A program made the translations under genes and the position numbers. 64,000 nt of DNA from NCBI GenBank assembly GCA_964035545.1, contig OZ037765.1, positions 6,644,698 to 6,708,697 of the forward strand, read 5' to 3'. This DNA is from Bugula neritina (Eukaryota; Animalia; Bryozoa). The first letter of the stretch is position 1; every line of letters begins with the position of its first letter. The notes below the pieces were generated by a model. That model did no database searches. It was given only the letters and a program-made list of their open reading frames with translations, and had not been told where the DNA came from. Positions 28,226 to 41,524 of this stretch are shown here, piece by piece.

Positions 28226-31200
28226 ATGAATTTCCACTCTGGACTTGTTACCTTTACAGTTTTCATCATTACTTCTGTTGTTGGATTATTAATTTTCACG
28301 AGAGGCTTTCTACTTAGTCGAATTGCAATCACTAACTCTACTCTGCCATCTACGAACACTACACTGTCACCCCAGTATAGGAAAGCTATCTTAATCATTA
28401 TAGATGCACTGAGGTTTGACTTTGTTGATTTCCAACCTTCTTCTAATGCCTATTATCATAATAAGCTGACATTTGTGCATCATTTGCTGACGGAAAACTC
28501 AAAACGAACTCGTTTGTATAATTTCGTTGCTGATCCTCCAACTACTACCATGCAAAGGTTAAAAGGTCTTACAACGGGTGGACTTCCTACATTTGTGGAT
28601 GCAGGTATGTTTACATGTTTGCACAGTATGTTAACATACAGTGACAAGTAAAGACTTGCTGTTCTTTATTTCTGTGATTTTGTTCTAGGTTCAAATTTTG
28701 CCAGCTCTGAAATAAATGAAGATAATATTATCCAACAGCTAGTTTATGCTAATGAAACGCTTGTGTTTATGGGTGACGATACTTGGGAGTCTCTCTTTCC
28801 TAGGAGGTAAAACGTTAGAGAAAAATAAGTAAATTACTTACTAACGCATTAATATGCAAAAGTATTAGTTTTGTTGTTGCTTATAGCAGGTATGTTTTTA
28901 TGTAACAGCAGCACTCCTTTTAATTTTCAGATTTTCTCGAAGCTATCCGTTTCCATCATTCAACGTCCATGACCTTCACACTGTTGATGGAGGTGTTAAA
29001 ACCCATTTGGTGCCGGAAATAGTGAAATCTGACTTCACCCTTCTGGTTGCTCACTTTCTAGGTGTTGATCACTGTGGGCACAGATACGGCCCCAATCACC
29101 CTGCTATGGCTGAAAAACTGTCAGAAATGAATGAAGTTCTGCGGTGTGTGTTGTATTTAATAAGAAATGAAAACATAAGCTATTACTCACTCATGCACTT
29201 ACTCAAGTTTATAGTCGCTATCCCTGTGCAACCTTTAGTGTAAAGTGTTTTTTAAAGTGGGCTAATGACTTATTCATATGTGGCACAGGAGCAATTATGA
29301 CTGGATGCTCTTCCTAACATCACCAATGGTGTTTGGACTCGAACCACTGGTCTCATGTTTACTAGGCCAGCACTCTAACCACTACACCACGGCTGCCCCC
29401 TGAAACATAAACCCCTACTGTATTAATTTGATGTACTTTTATATACTTGTTACCTGCAAGTAATAGACATTAATTGTGATAGGCAACTGTGTGTCTGTTG
29501 AATAGATCAGTTGTGGAAGTGATGGACAATGAGACACTGTTGATAGTGTTGGGAGATCATGGTATGACCACTACTGGGGATCATGGTGGAGACAGCAGCG
29601 ATGAAATAAATGCTGCCTTACTCGTTCACACTAAAAGTGAAGTAACGTGGCCGGTACAAGAGGTATAGTAATTATTTTCAAAGTTTTCACTTTAGCTTAA
29701 TTTATATGATTTCATAATTTTACATGCAGCATTGTATTAATTGTGGAATTAGCATTTGACCACTTTGCAGTCTTAGTAGTAATACTGGTTTCTCATGGAA
29801 TCTTCTTAGTCTGATAACCAAGCCTTAGAAGCTGGTAGGTAGTCTGAACACTTGTAGGGGGGGGGGGTCTTTTTCATTAGCCAATAACGTCTATTTAGCT
29901 GTCCAGAACCTGCTAATACTATAAGCTATGTTATATTGCAGTGTTAAATTATCTAAATGCAGACTTGCATAAGGTATATTTTATAACTATTGCTATATAA
30001 TTATTTTTTGTAGCAAAAAGAAGTATCGCAGATAGACCTAGTGCCAACACTGTCTTTGTTATTAGGTCTACCCATTCCCTACTCTAACCTGGGTTCTCTA
30101 ATCCCCAAACTCATACAGAATACCAATACACCTGCCTCTGAGGCTAATCTCCTCGCAGCTCTGAAGTTGAATCAGAAGCAAATATTAAACTATATCAACC
30201 ACTACAGTCAGGTCTGGCTAATATAGAAGTTAAATATTCTTTAAAACTATGTGTATTATATTGTTTCTAGTGTGAAGTTGTTCATGTGGAAATGGAATTG
30301 TTGTTGATTTCAGTTGTCAAATGATTTGCCCAAGTCTCAGATGGCTGTCTTAGATGAGATGGAAAGGGCGCTCCATTCTTCAAGCTCAGAGGCAGACTTG
30401 CAGCGAGTCAAATATATGACATATATGAGAAAGGTGAAGGACATGTGCAGAGAAATTTGGGCCAAGTTTGATGACAAACTGATGCTGATCGGAGGCTTAC
30501 AAGTTCTCTTCAGTATTGTTCTTCAAGGCTGTAGTGCATGTGGCTTTCTAGCCGCTACGTCTAGTCATACAGTGGCCTTGTTACAGTGCTCACTAACAGT
30601 CATGTCCCTAGTTCTCAGTTACTTAACTGTAACTCCTCTGCACTGTGTACTCATACTCAGTGCCATGTTTAGTATTATTATAGTATATTGTATAGTTAAA
30701 TATTCTCAAGTAGAGAAGTGTTTATCCCTCACTGACATGTTATCCACCTTGTGTCTGGTGCTATACTCGCTGGCCTCGCTCTCAAATAGTTTACTTATTA
30801 ATGAAGACAAGGTCCTTCATTTCTCAGCTCAATCAATACTCTTGGCAATATACATATCGGAGGTAATAAAGCTCGTTAGATTCCATACGGCCAAAACTAA
30901 AGAGAAAACAACTTCACTGATGTTGCTGAAGCTATTGCTAAAATCTCCAATTACTTACTTGTTTATAATACTCAGTGTGGTAGTACAATTCTCTCAAGCA
31001 TTCCGCGCGTGCAGAGAAGAGCTCATTGGTTGCGAGACATCATTGTTCCTAACTCCTTTAGCCAGCCTGCGGCAGGAGTTCAATTCATACAGGAACAGAC
31101 GATTCCTGTTGCTGACAATGCCAAGCGTGTTCCTACCTGCTTATGCTATTAAGCGAATATTGAAAGTACGAGGAAATCTCAATGGACATTCTGCTCTAGT

Positions 31201-33151
31201 GATGTTTGTTAGCTATGCTCTGTACACAATGGCTACGCTATGTCTGGCAGATTGGGTGTCTGCCGCAATACCCTTCCTCCATGATTGGCAACGTACTTTG
31301 CCAGCTAAATCCACTTACATTTTACTAACAGCTGGTATTTCTATTATACTTTTATCACCCCTTGCTGTATACTTGTCTAGTCCTAAGAGCAAGCCTGTTT
31401 CATACAACACATCTGTACCGTCTATATATAAATACATCAAAGAAACACTATCTAAGACAGAAGATGATTCTGAAAGGCCTCTAGTTTTTGGCCTCAGTAC
31501 CGTATACAGCGCTACGTATGTTGCTCTACTTGTAATGGTGTCTATCTACCTCATGCTCATCTCGGGTGATGGAATGAGTTTCTCTATAACTCTGGCGTTA
31601 CTAGCCCTTGTGCTATTTCTGGATATTCATGTATTATGCAATCAATCAAACAGTAAGTATGTTATTTTTAATATTTTCTATAAGTTTCATTTCAAAAAGT
31701 TATAAACTTTAAAAAATGCTGCGTTTTTCTCTCACAAATCATTAGGCAGATTGACATATTTAGGTTATAACTGTTGCTTTCTATTATTTTTAGCTGGAAC
31801 TAGCATCTCGCATATTATATACTGGTTTGTGTTATGCAAGTATTATTTCTACTGCACTGGACATCAGCCAACTATAACCAACATTAGGTGGGATGCTGCT
31901 TTCCATGGATTCTCTCAGGATCACGATAATATGATTGTTCCTGGGGTAAGTCTTAGGCTATTTATTACATTAAAGTAGAAGGGAAGTCGAACTATTTTTA
32001 CTCGTATCACCTACTGAATATTTAATACAATATGATGACCAATTTTAAACGCTAAACTTTTAAGTCGGCTCAGCAATAAAGCTATGTGTTGTAGCAGCTA
32101 AAAATAACATACAATGCAAGTCAGAAATAGTTAGTATTAGTTGTATAACACGACTCCAGAGCAGAAAGCAAATGTCATCAGTATAAGCACAAAATTTATT
32201 TTAAAACAAAGCTATTTGAGCATACAGCCTTCAAACAGTATGTATATGATAGCTAAGATAAATATGACTGTTTTAATACTGCATAAATGAAGTGTGTCGG
32301 GGATTCTATAATAACGAATGACTTAAATATAGGAGTTTTGTCCTCATGTTTGCTTATCGCTGAAAGATGGAGTTTGAATTTCAACCTTTATTTTATTGTA
32401 GATTCTGCTTTTCACTAGCACATTCTCTAGTCAAGTGATCTTCACTGTGTCACTACCCTTGCTACTAATAGTAACAGAGAGTGGCATAACCTTTTACCAA
32501 AGCCTACGATCACCTAAAGCCAGGTCACTGACCGGCTTAGGAGAGATTAGTTTGACTAGGCAAGAGGAGACAACATCTAACAACCTATATCACTTGTATT
32601 CTGTCTATCTGTTGGCTAATCTTGTAAAGGTATGGCTATATGCAATCATTCTTGTAAAAATTAATTCTCACTTTGGTGCATTTAAGTAACATTTTTGAGA
32701 ATGTTTAAATAAAAATGTTGTGCATATCTTAGTTTGTTTAAACATATTATTATAGGCATTATGTTTTTTGGTATACATTGCATTAAATACATATACATAT
32801 ACATATCCTAGTCACTAGTGTATGATAATTGTAGTTTTAGATGTTTTAATTGATTTGGGTGGTTTTGCTATATTTATTAGAATGCCAGAATTTCTATATA
32901 CATATTATATAATTTAACTATGATCAAATAACTAGTACTATTGTTTGTAGACTTTCGGTGCGCTTCTCTCTGCGGCCATATTGAGGCGGCATTTGATGGT
33001 GTGGAAGATATTTGCCCCGGCATTTATATATGAAGGAGCATCATTCATTCTCACATCACTGATATCGATATTGAGTTATATCATTTTTATCAGACTCCAC
33101 AAAGCAGTGAAGTATTACATCAGAGATTTTGAGCTTGAGCATGTTGATTGA
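28226..33151 (+). CDS. PIGO: GPI ethanolamine phosphate transferase 3
   Basis: Exons 28226-28604, 28689-28806, 28931-29143, 29506-29662, 30014-30211, 30314-31652, 31794-31945, 32402-32629, 32951-33151. Motifs [77 protein letters not shown]...[21 protein letters not shown]. Confidence 0.96.
29180..29400 (-). mobile_element. tRNA-derived SINE, best-preserved copy, in a PIGO intron
   Basis: The minus strand reads GGGGGCAGCCGTGGTGTAGTGGTTAGAGTGCTGG...GGTTCGAGTCC: Pol III A box (29389-29379) and B box (29345-29335), then body GTTAGGAAGAGCATCCAG and a TGAG-rich tail. Possible degenerate TSD tgaa(a)acataa at 29168 and 29401. Confidence 0.85.
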
Positions 33152-33789
33152 GAGTGTTCTAGAAGGTTCCATTAGGTACCAGAAAAGGTTAAGCCTGTTT
33201 AATGACTCATCCATTCGTACCTGCCAAGTGATAGTTATAGTATTGCATTGAATAATTGCATGTATGATTGTATTTTATGCCATAAATATAGTTAATTATA
33301 TTGTACACTTTTATTGCCAAAATCTTTGCACAAAGCTTTATATTTACTAATATACCTTAATAATCTATTGTATTATATATATATCAAAATAAAGAAATTT
33401 ATTTTGACAAAAAATAAATATACTTTGGTTACTGCACAAAAAACAACACTATGCTAATAGATTTAGGAGCCTTTCAGATTTTCTAATTTTAGTGGCTCAT
33501 TCATGCATGTAGGAGAGTTAGCTATGTCAAGCATACATGGTGTGATGTAAAGCTCAGTACCAAATCTCACATAGCTGTTACTGAAGATAGTAACAGCCTT
33601 ATTTCTTTTGGAAACTATTAGCTATACAAACATTTGTCTTCCATGTATTGAGAAACCAAGAAACATTTTGTTGATTTAGAGGCTAATTTGCCGGGTTTTT
33701 TTCCTGTTCAACTTCAACGTTATTATCAAATCTTGTTAAAGGGAAGTCCGGGTGTAATTGCTGAGAGGATAACTCCATAACGTGTGTGG

Positions 33790-35888
33790 TTAGCTCATCA
33801 GATAGACTGGTTTCCCATAAGTTGCTGAAGGCGGATGATTAGCTAAATAAAAGCAAAAGTGTTGCAAGAAATTTATTACATTTTGTGTAAGTCCCCCCCC
33901 CCTCGATCGTCATACTCTTTATTGAGAAATTTCAAACTAGAATGAAATAAGTCATAATTCAGATTGTAAGCATACAAAAATATAATGCACGCTTATTGCT
34001 TTTAGCCTGGTTTTTGAGTTTAAACATGTATTAATTAAGTATATAGCACTGGTTTACCTGTGTATACAACTGGTATTTCTCTCTCAGAGCGTCTTCTTTT
34101 AAGACAGCACCATGCACATAAAGGTAATAAAAGGCAGCCAAGGAAACTTAGAACAGCTGATACTACTATTATAATAATTGTTTCTGTTGCCAAGTTCCAG
34201 TAAACCCATGAACTCCAATAAGCTGTCTACCTAAATTTGAGATCATATAAAGTTTTATAAAACACACAACAACTGGCACTCTTTAATTCATACTTTCTTG
34301 CCAGCTCCTATTTGTACTTTATAAGATGGCTGGTTTTTCCTCTAAAAGTGCTCATGTCTATTATAGAATAAAGTTTACATGTAGAACACTAAAAGATAGA
34401 TTATTATATATAAGATACTAAAGTACCAATAGTTGCTATGACTCGTACCTTGTATATCAACCTCAAACTCATACCCTCTGGAGGGGTTATTTCTTTTCAA
34501 CTCTAATGTTAGATATTTGCTATCAAAATATTCATCTGCTCTGTTGAATAAAGAGCCACATTTGTAAACACGCTAAAATAAAGTTTGTAGAATACTGACA
34601 AAAACATATGCAGTTGAAATGTTTACACACTGTTCTATTTTGCTGCTGAAACTTGAAAATATGAGAACAGAGATTTGAATGAGTGAATGCAACATGCTTT
34701 GCATCATGCAAAAAATATTAATTATTCATGTTATAGCAAATTACTACTTTTACATAATTGGACAGGTTTATAATGTTTTCCACTTTCTTAGAACTTACAA
34801 AAGGAGAAGCTGACGTAGAGCTGCCTGAGTATAGCGAGAGAGTAACTCCACAGTTGGTTATTTCTCCTTCGTCAAAGTCTATTATAAACCCGTTATCTGA
34901 TTTGAAGGTCATAGTACATGATCCTGATGTCAATGTACTAAAGAGAATGGTACTTTTACCTTTGACGGTCACTTTTCTACCATAGTTGAGATTTATCACC
35001 CCTCTTGAGCAATCTCCATTGTTATCCATGAAGTATGTAGGGTCTATAATATTACCATTACCATCATATTATGCTCTTACAAGTGATTTTATTGCGACCA
35101 TACAAACTTAATTAAAAGAAAATTTTGGCAAACCACATTTATAGTGACCTAGTTTATATATTAAGAATAATTTATTATTGTTTTGATATAAAGGCTAACA
35201 TTAGTAGTTTTAATTTTTAATGCCAGTTCATTAAAAGTAAGTGTTGTGTGGTTAGTTTTTTCAAAACATTTTATAACAAGTTAACTTTTATGAGCTTATT
35301 TATTGTGTTACAGCAATTGGCATGAACTTGTCATTTATGTTGTGTTTTTTATTCAGTCAGCTAAGTTTCTCATTAGCCCTCATACGCTTTAATTTTGGGT
35401 TGGATTTATTTCCATGATAAATAATGTTCCATTAAAAAATTATAGGCTTTTTAAAAGTACATTTCTTGTCATTATTAATAATAAAATATGTAGAACAACT
35501 TATGATCAAGAAATTATAAGCAGAATATTTTTATGCACATACGAATTATATTAATGTTTCTAAAAATAAACAATTAAGCTAAAATTGCAAACTTTTAAAA
35601 GCATATTGAAACAATGAGAACAAACAGCACTTCTTTTTTAAAGCCATTTTCAAAATATTTGTTTTCAAGATTATATATTTATTTCTATAACTTCTTAAAT
35701 TGCAATATTATCCAATTACTTTGGAATAATTTTAAACAATATGAATTCAATGTAGACCAAATAAATAGTTGTATAAATTTAACAGTTATGTTTGTGTGAG
35801 ACCTACCTCCATTTACAAACACTGTTAACAGCCAGATCCATATGATGACTGAATCCTTGAAACTCCTGAGCAGTCTCCTAGAATACAT
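33790..35888 (-). CDS. Uncharacterised type I single-pass membrane protein A (~222 aa) with CUB-like ectodomain
   Basis: Exons 35888-35807 (signal peptide), 35043-34799, 34572-34449, 34222-34058 (TM IIIIVVSAVLSFLGCLLLPLCAWCC then LKRRR), 33842-33790 (..YGKPVYLMS*). Intron phases 1,0,1,1. Four ectodomain Cys and beta-strand patterns (CTMTF, FIIDF, LSLYSG, LTLEL, YEFEVDI) suggest a CUB-like fold (inference). Confidence 0.8.
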
Positions 35889-37273
35889 GTGTTGACCTGC
35901 TTTAGTTTATCCAAGTATTGTTAGCAGCTTAGTTTCTACGCTGGGTATGGTGTGTACACTGCACACTAGAATACTGTAGCTGACGCAATCACTCACATTT
36001 GCTCTTTCCGTTATGCTACTAGGGAGATAAATGCCTCATTTCAAGAATTTAAATGTCTGTTTACGCATGCATATATATAAATAGCTTTTATGCAACATTT
36101 ATGCAACCGTACCTCAAATAATAATATGTTTTATAGCATAATTAGCAAAGATTCCATATATAATACAATTACTGTTTATAATGATTAATGTACATGTATA
36201 TAGTATATATATTTATGCATGTATAATTAAATAAGGGGAATTAGCCTGTTAGACCAGTCATGTGCTAATGAGGTAATTGGAGGATGTTAGTCACAGTAAA
36301 CACTATAGACAGGATGCATCAGCAATCATAAGCTTCGTAACGTTGTTGTAAACTACAATAATTTTGTGCTGAATCGCAAATAATTCTACCTGCTATCTTA
36401 TATATATGCAGTACACCACATTCACGCAATACCATTATCATTATATAGCTCACATAGCAACTGGAAAATGTTTTATGTTTTACTTTTATGTGTTTAATAT
36501 CAGCAACGCTTTTTGTTGGCATAACAACAGTATTTCTAACAAATTATATTTTGAATTTTTTTTTTCACAGGATGCAGCTTTCTAATTTCTAATGAGCCAA
36601 AGTTTATAATAATAAAACAAGATTTGTATAATATCTTAGTACCAGCAGTTTATTTTTTCTTTTTAATGTGTAAATTTACAATTTTTAACAGATTTTTAGT
36701 AATAACATGGTTCATTTATTTTATTTGAAAAAATTATTTACAAAATATTTATAAACAGTATATTCAGAGTAGTGTTTGATATATTATAGGCTTGCTGATC
36801 ATTTACTTTGTTGTGCTTTTGAAGGCTCATGGAGTAAAAACCAAAAGAATTATATGATTAACACAGAGTGCAGCAACATACTTTCAAGAAAGTATATAGA
36901 ATTTCAATATTATAACTAAAAACATTAATATATTTTCTATATAATTGATATGCAAATTATTCAACTGGCTCTTATTATAAAGCTATGTTTCTTATTTCTA
37001 TTAGTCAAGTACAACAAGAATTATTTGCTCTTTGTATTTAAAAAGTTGGACTAATTTGAACACATGTGTCTAGAAATGCAATATTTTATACAAGTAATAT
37101 TATGTAACTTATAAGGCATGAATTGTTTTTCACTTGAATCAATGGTAAATTAATTTTGCTTGTATGCATGAATAACACAAGAATGGAATAAGAAAGGAAA
37201 AAAGATTGGTAGCATCAGCTCTTTTCTTGAGTTAGATAATTTAGAGCAGGGCGGTGCTTTGCCACCCACAATG

Positions 37274-39799
37274 TCAGTACCGATGGTGAGGAGCAATGAC
37301 TGGGTACACGGGCTGCACACTCCCTGGGTTGACGTATCTCACATTATCACCTGACCCTACAAGAATCAGCAGTGAAGTGTTTTTACTTTAATTAATTTCA
37401 CAACAACTTTAAGTGTAAAAACATATTATTGTAAATAGATAAGATGATAGATGATAGCTCATAATGCCAAGGAACTAAAAAATAATTTTATTTCAATTCA
37501 TTTATTTCCATTTTGAATGCATGTACAAACAGTGATAAGGATATAATACAATTTATGATAAGAAGCATATTAAAACTTTTACAGACATAAAAATTACTAT
37601 TTTTGAGTAAACTTTCAATAATCTCGTATATATTAAAAATAAGGTATATTTATAACTCTACAGAAGCCTATATTTAATCCTTTCTTACCTGAAGAACTTC
37701 CCCTTTTGCAGCAGCAACAAATGATTGCAGGTATGCCGACAGCGCACAACACTACAACTATCACTACGACTACTATGATGATGACCACTCCTTTAGCCAG
37801 GGATTTGAGAACACCTTTTTCCTTTTTACCTGCAGCATAAAAATGGCAGATCATCTTAAACTAGAAAATTAATTCCAACTTCTAAGCAATGAATTTTTTT
37901 GGTTTGACTTTACAAATTCTAATTACATTTGTTGCACCTAGAAGTAGCAAGTTGCAATGAAAGCATATAAAGGCAGCATTTATACCTTCTGGCCAACTTA
38001 CCAACAGCATAAGCTGGTGAAATCTGAATGTGAAAGTCATCTTCTAAATTGTTATTTGTCACTTTGTAGCTAATTATAATTTCTCTAACTGTATCCCAAG
38101 AGTGGTGCTGGGATGTAGGGGATTCACATGTAACTTCCTCCTACAAAGTATGATATTGTAAATTAGTAATAGTATATGTACATGTACATGTACATACATT
38201 TACCAATATTTATGTTGACCATTATCAAGAAAATGTGTATTTACATATACTATTGAGCTCACACATGCATATCTCACAAACAGTATGTGAAACATAGTTA
38301 AGTATGTTTTATTCATTAATTAAACTAGTCTAAACAAATCCAACTTTACTATGAAAGATACATTAGGTTGGTGCTGTTTATACACAAATATTTTGTTGCT
38401 AAGAAATTAAATTTATCCAATGAAAACAGAGAAACCTTTGACTGGCATTAAGTCATGCTTATATTCACATCTTTCTTACATAGCTTTGCCTTTATTTAAA
38501 CATTTTTGAATAGGCATAATGTGCAACACACTATCGGTTTCAAATTACCAATAATGATAAAAATAGTTGTATTTTCTCTAAAAAGTGTGAACACATACTG
38601 ATGTTTAGCAAACAATAATTCTATTACATAGTTCATGCAGAAAAATGTCATGACTTTCGTTTCAAAATATCTAAAAAGTTCCGTTTCTCATCACGCTAGT
38701 TTTATTTTTACTCTTCAGTTGATAAACTTATGTAGGTGCTAAGAACATTAAGGAATATCATCTCAAAACTAACACATTAATTTTTCTGCTATAGGTATTC
38801 AAAGTTGTAGCACTATTTTTTTTATAAATTTATAGGTTTCAATTCACAAGATTAGATTAAAATTGAAATGGTGTTGCCAACAACTAATTATAGGCCATGT
38901 AGAGGTAATTATAATCCGAATTTCAGTAATTTGCTTTAATCAAACACCGTCATATCTCATCAAAGTCATCAAAGTTGGTTGCAGTTGGTTGCGATGATGA
39001 TCCTGCACCCAGCCCTTCTCTGGCAATGTAAAGCTATTTATAATATTATAGATAGAAAGGAAATATTACATGAAAACCTGCCTATTTGCTGTTATATAAG
39101 CAGCATATAATGTTATGTCTAACAATGAGTAATTTTAGTAATTTCTACTATATATAAAACATACATCCATTTATTGAAAATTTTACTGTTTTTAATTTGA
39201 CTTTACCTCCTTGCAGATCTGGTCCACCTTGCTGCTGGTATTACATAACCCTATGATATAAAGACTGTTGCCACAACTCACACTCCCTTCTATTTCTATA
39301 TACACTGCAACTCTGCTATCATCTGTCAAGGTGACTGTGAGATTGCAGACACTAGAACCAGAGAGCTGTGGTCTTCCACTTTCTATTCCTAGTATATCTG
39401 ATCCCAGAGAAATGTTGTTATAAGAGTTACAACTGGCATTAGATGAGAAGAAATTCCATAGTATTGGGAAATATCTAGATTGTGTCACCGCTCCATTTGC
39501 TGTTAGAGCTGTAACAGCATTTGTTATAAACTAGAAATGCTGTCGGCTAAATATAGATCAACGGTTAAGATGAAACAAGCTTTTTGCTTTTCCTCTCTTT
39601 CAAACAGAATTAACTGAAGTACATATTTTATCTTGTCTTTATATAAAATTAAAAAGAGATTCTTACATATCGATTTGAATTCAATATATATAATTCGTTT
39701 GTAATGCGTAAAAGGTAAGCATATGAACTAGATTATATGTTAGATTAACTTACCCAAGCAGCATACTAACAGAGCTCCACACACATATAATACAGTCAT
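37274..39799 (-). CDS. Uncharacterised type I single-pass membrane protein B (~236 aa), likely tandem paralog of protein A
   Basis: Exons 39799-39754 (signal peptide MTVLYVCGALLVCCL), 39508-39207, 38140-38002, 37829-37689 (TM VVIIIVVVVIVVVLCAVGIPAIICCCC then KR), 37356-37274 (..VQPVYPVIAPHHRY*). Same intron phases 1,0,1,1 as protein A. Confidence 0.8.
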
Positions 39800-41524
39800 T
39801 GTTCACTTGTTGATGGAGAATACTGAATACAGCTCCTTTATGGATAATAAATACATTTCATCGAGAAAGTAATTGCTAATTAGTGTAAGTAGAAGCAACC
39901 TACTATATCATTATGCTGCTATAGAATAAGCTAAATTAACAAAAACTGGTATTTCAATTTCCAACATGAATTTTATGTGTGCCTAGCATTCGTGGCCAAT
40001 AATATTTGTTATGATGCACTGGGAGATTTTGATCTGTACAGTAAATTCTTAATCTGGCAAAATAATTCCCTGGCAACAGATTTTTAAGCACAATTTTTAT
40101 GACTCATCAAACACCTGACTGTAACAGCATAAGGAAACAATGCAATCAAAATAAGGTGTTTTGAGATCTAAACACTGACATGCTATAATTTGATGGGCAA
40201 ATAAGAATCTTGACTTGGTTATGGTTCATCATATTAATACAATGCAATATAGAATATATTATTGTTGGTAATAGAAAATATTGACTTTAGAGTAAGTCTG
40301 TAACCCAAAAAGCTCAAGTTACAGTGCTTGAATCTTTATGTAAAGTCATCAAATAAAATATTATACACTCTGCTAAATGTAAAATGGCCTATGTAACTTT
40401 CACTACTTGATTAGCTACCATGCTTCCTAAATATTTTATTTAGATTTATCATTTACTATTGTTACTAAACCATATTATTATATAACTTAGACACAGCTTT
40501 ATTTAAATATTTCAAGAGGCAATACATTATTTATTATACAAAATTCAAGTTATGCCCCCATGCTAATCAAACCATCAATCAAGCTTCTATAAAAATTCTA
40601 GCTGCAAAAAAAGCTTGGTAAGGATTTTGGAAACAGATCTGGACAAATTGAAATATAGTTTCAAGTATAACTTACAAGAATTTGTCATATTGTAACCGTT
40701 ATAAACACCATGCAGCTTCTTATTGAAGGACTGCTAGCTAAAATTATCTATACTCTAAAAGCAACTCATGGTAAATAGGCGAGACATTCAAGGCTTGAGC
40801 TGAACTTGTCTCCGATTTTAATTTTTAATGAAATCAAACTACCATTCATCAGAATGAGTTCAAGATTTTTTTACTTTCTAGAAATACTAGTGAAAAAAAT
40901 TCATTATCTGAAAATCTTGCTTAAAATTAATAGTTTATCAAATGTGTGACATCAGCAGGACAGGAGATTTAATAGTTTGCGAAGTAATAATAAACAAGTT
41001 GGTAGTTGCTTCCCCTTATTATGATGTCTGCGTTAATGAGGTAACAACTCCACTAAAACCTATAAGTAACTGATGACTCCATTCTTGAGACGGAAAATAG
41101 ATAGAATTCAACAACAGCAAGAGTTTGTATAACAGAAGATAAATGTATTAGTTCCAAGTAGACTTATTATAAAACGATAATTGCCAGTAAAATTTTGCTA
41201 ATCTATTAAAACTACTACATAGTATGTTACAAGTGCTATAGCTCTGTATATTACTAATCCTGCTCAATAAAAAGTAACATGATTTGTGAATAAATTAGAA
41301 ATGTTTTATTGCAACATAATCATTATATAGCAGAATGGGACTACTTTACAAGGGAACATAATTTGTATTTACAATCGCCATGTAAACCAATCACATCACA
41401 AGTAAGAAATAGCCATACTAATTCAGTAATATAATTTAAAATCTACTAAACTAGAACCTAGTGCCGTCAGCTCTGTCCGACAGGGTGTAAGGCTGTACAA
41501 TTTATTATAGCCATTGATCATGCA

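Noticed and set aside
29320-29400. tRNA gene
   Set aside because: A and B boxes are present but there is no convincing cloverleaf, and the sequence continues into a body shared with two other dispersed copies, i.e. a SINE head.
38946-39020. Extra exon in membrane protein B intron 2
   Set aside because: Has an acceptor-like site but hits a stop in the required phase-0 frame; the flanking exons join cleanly without it.
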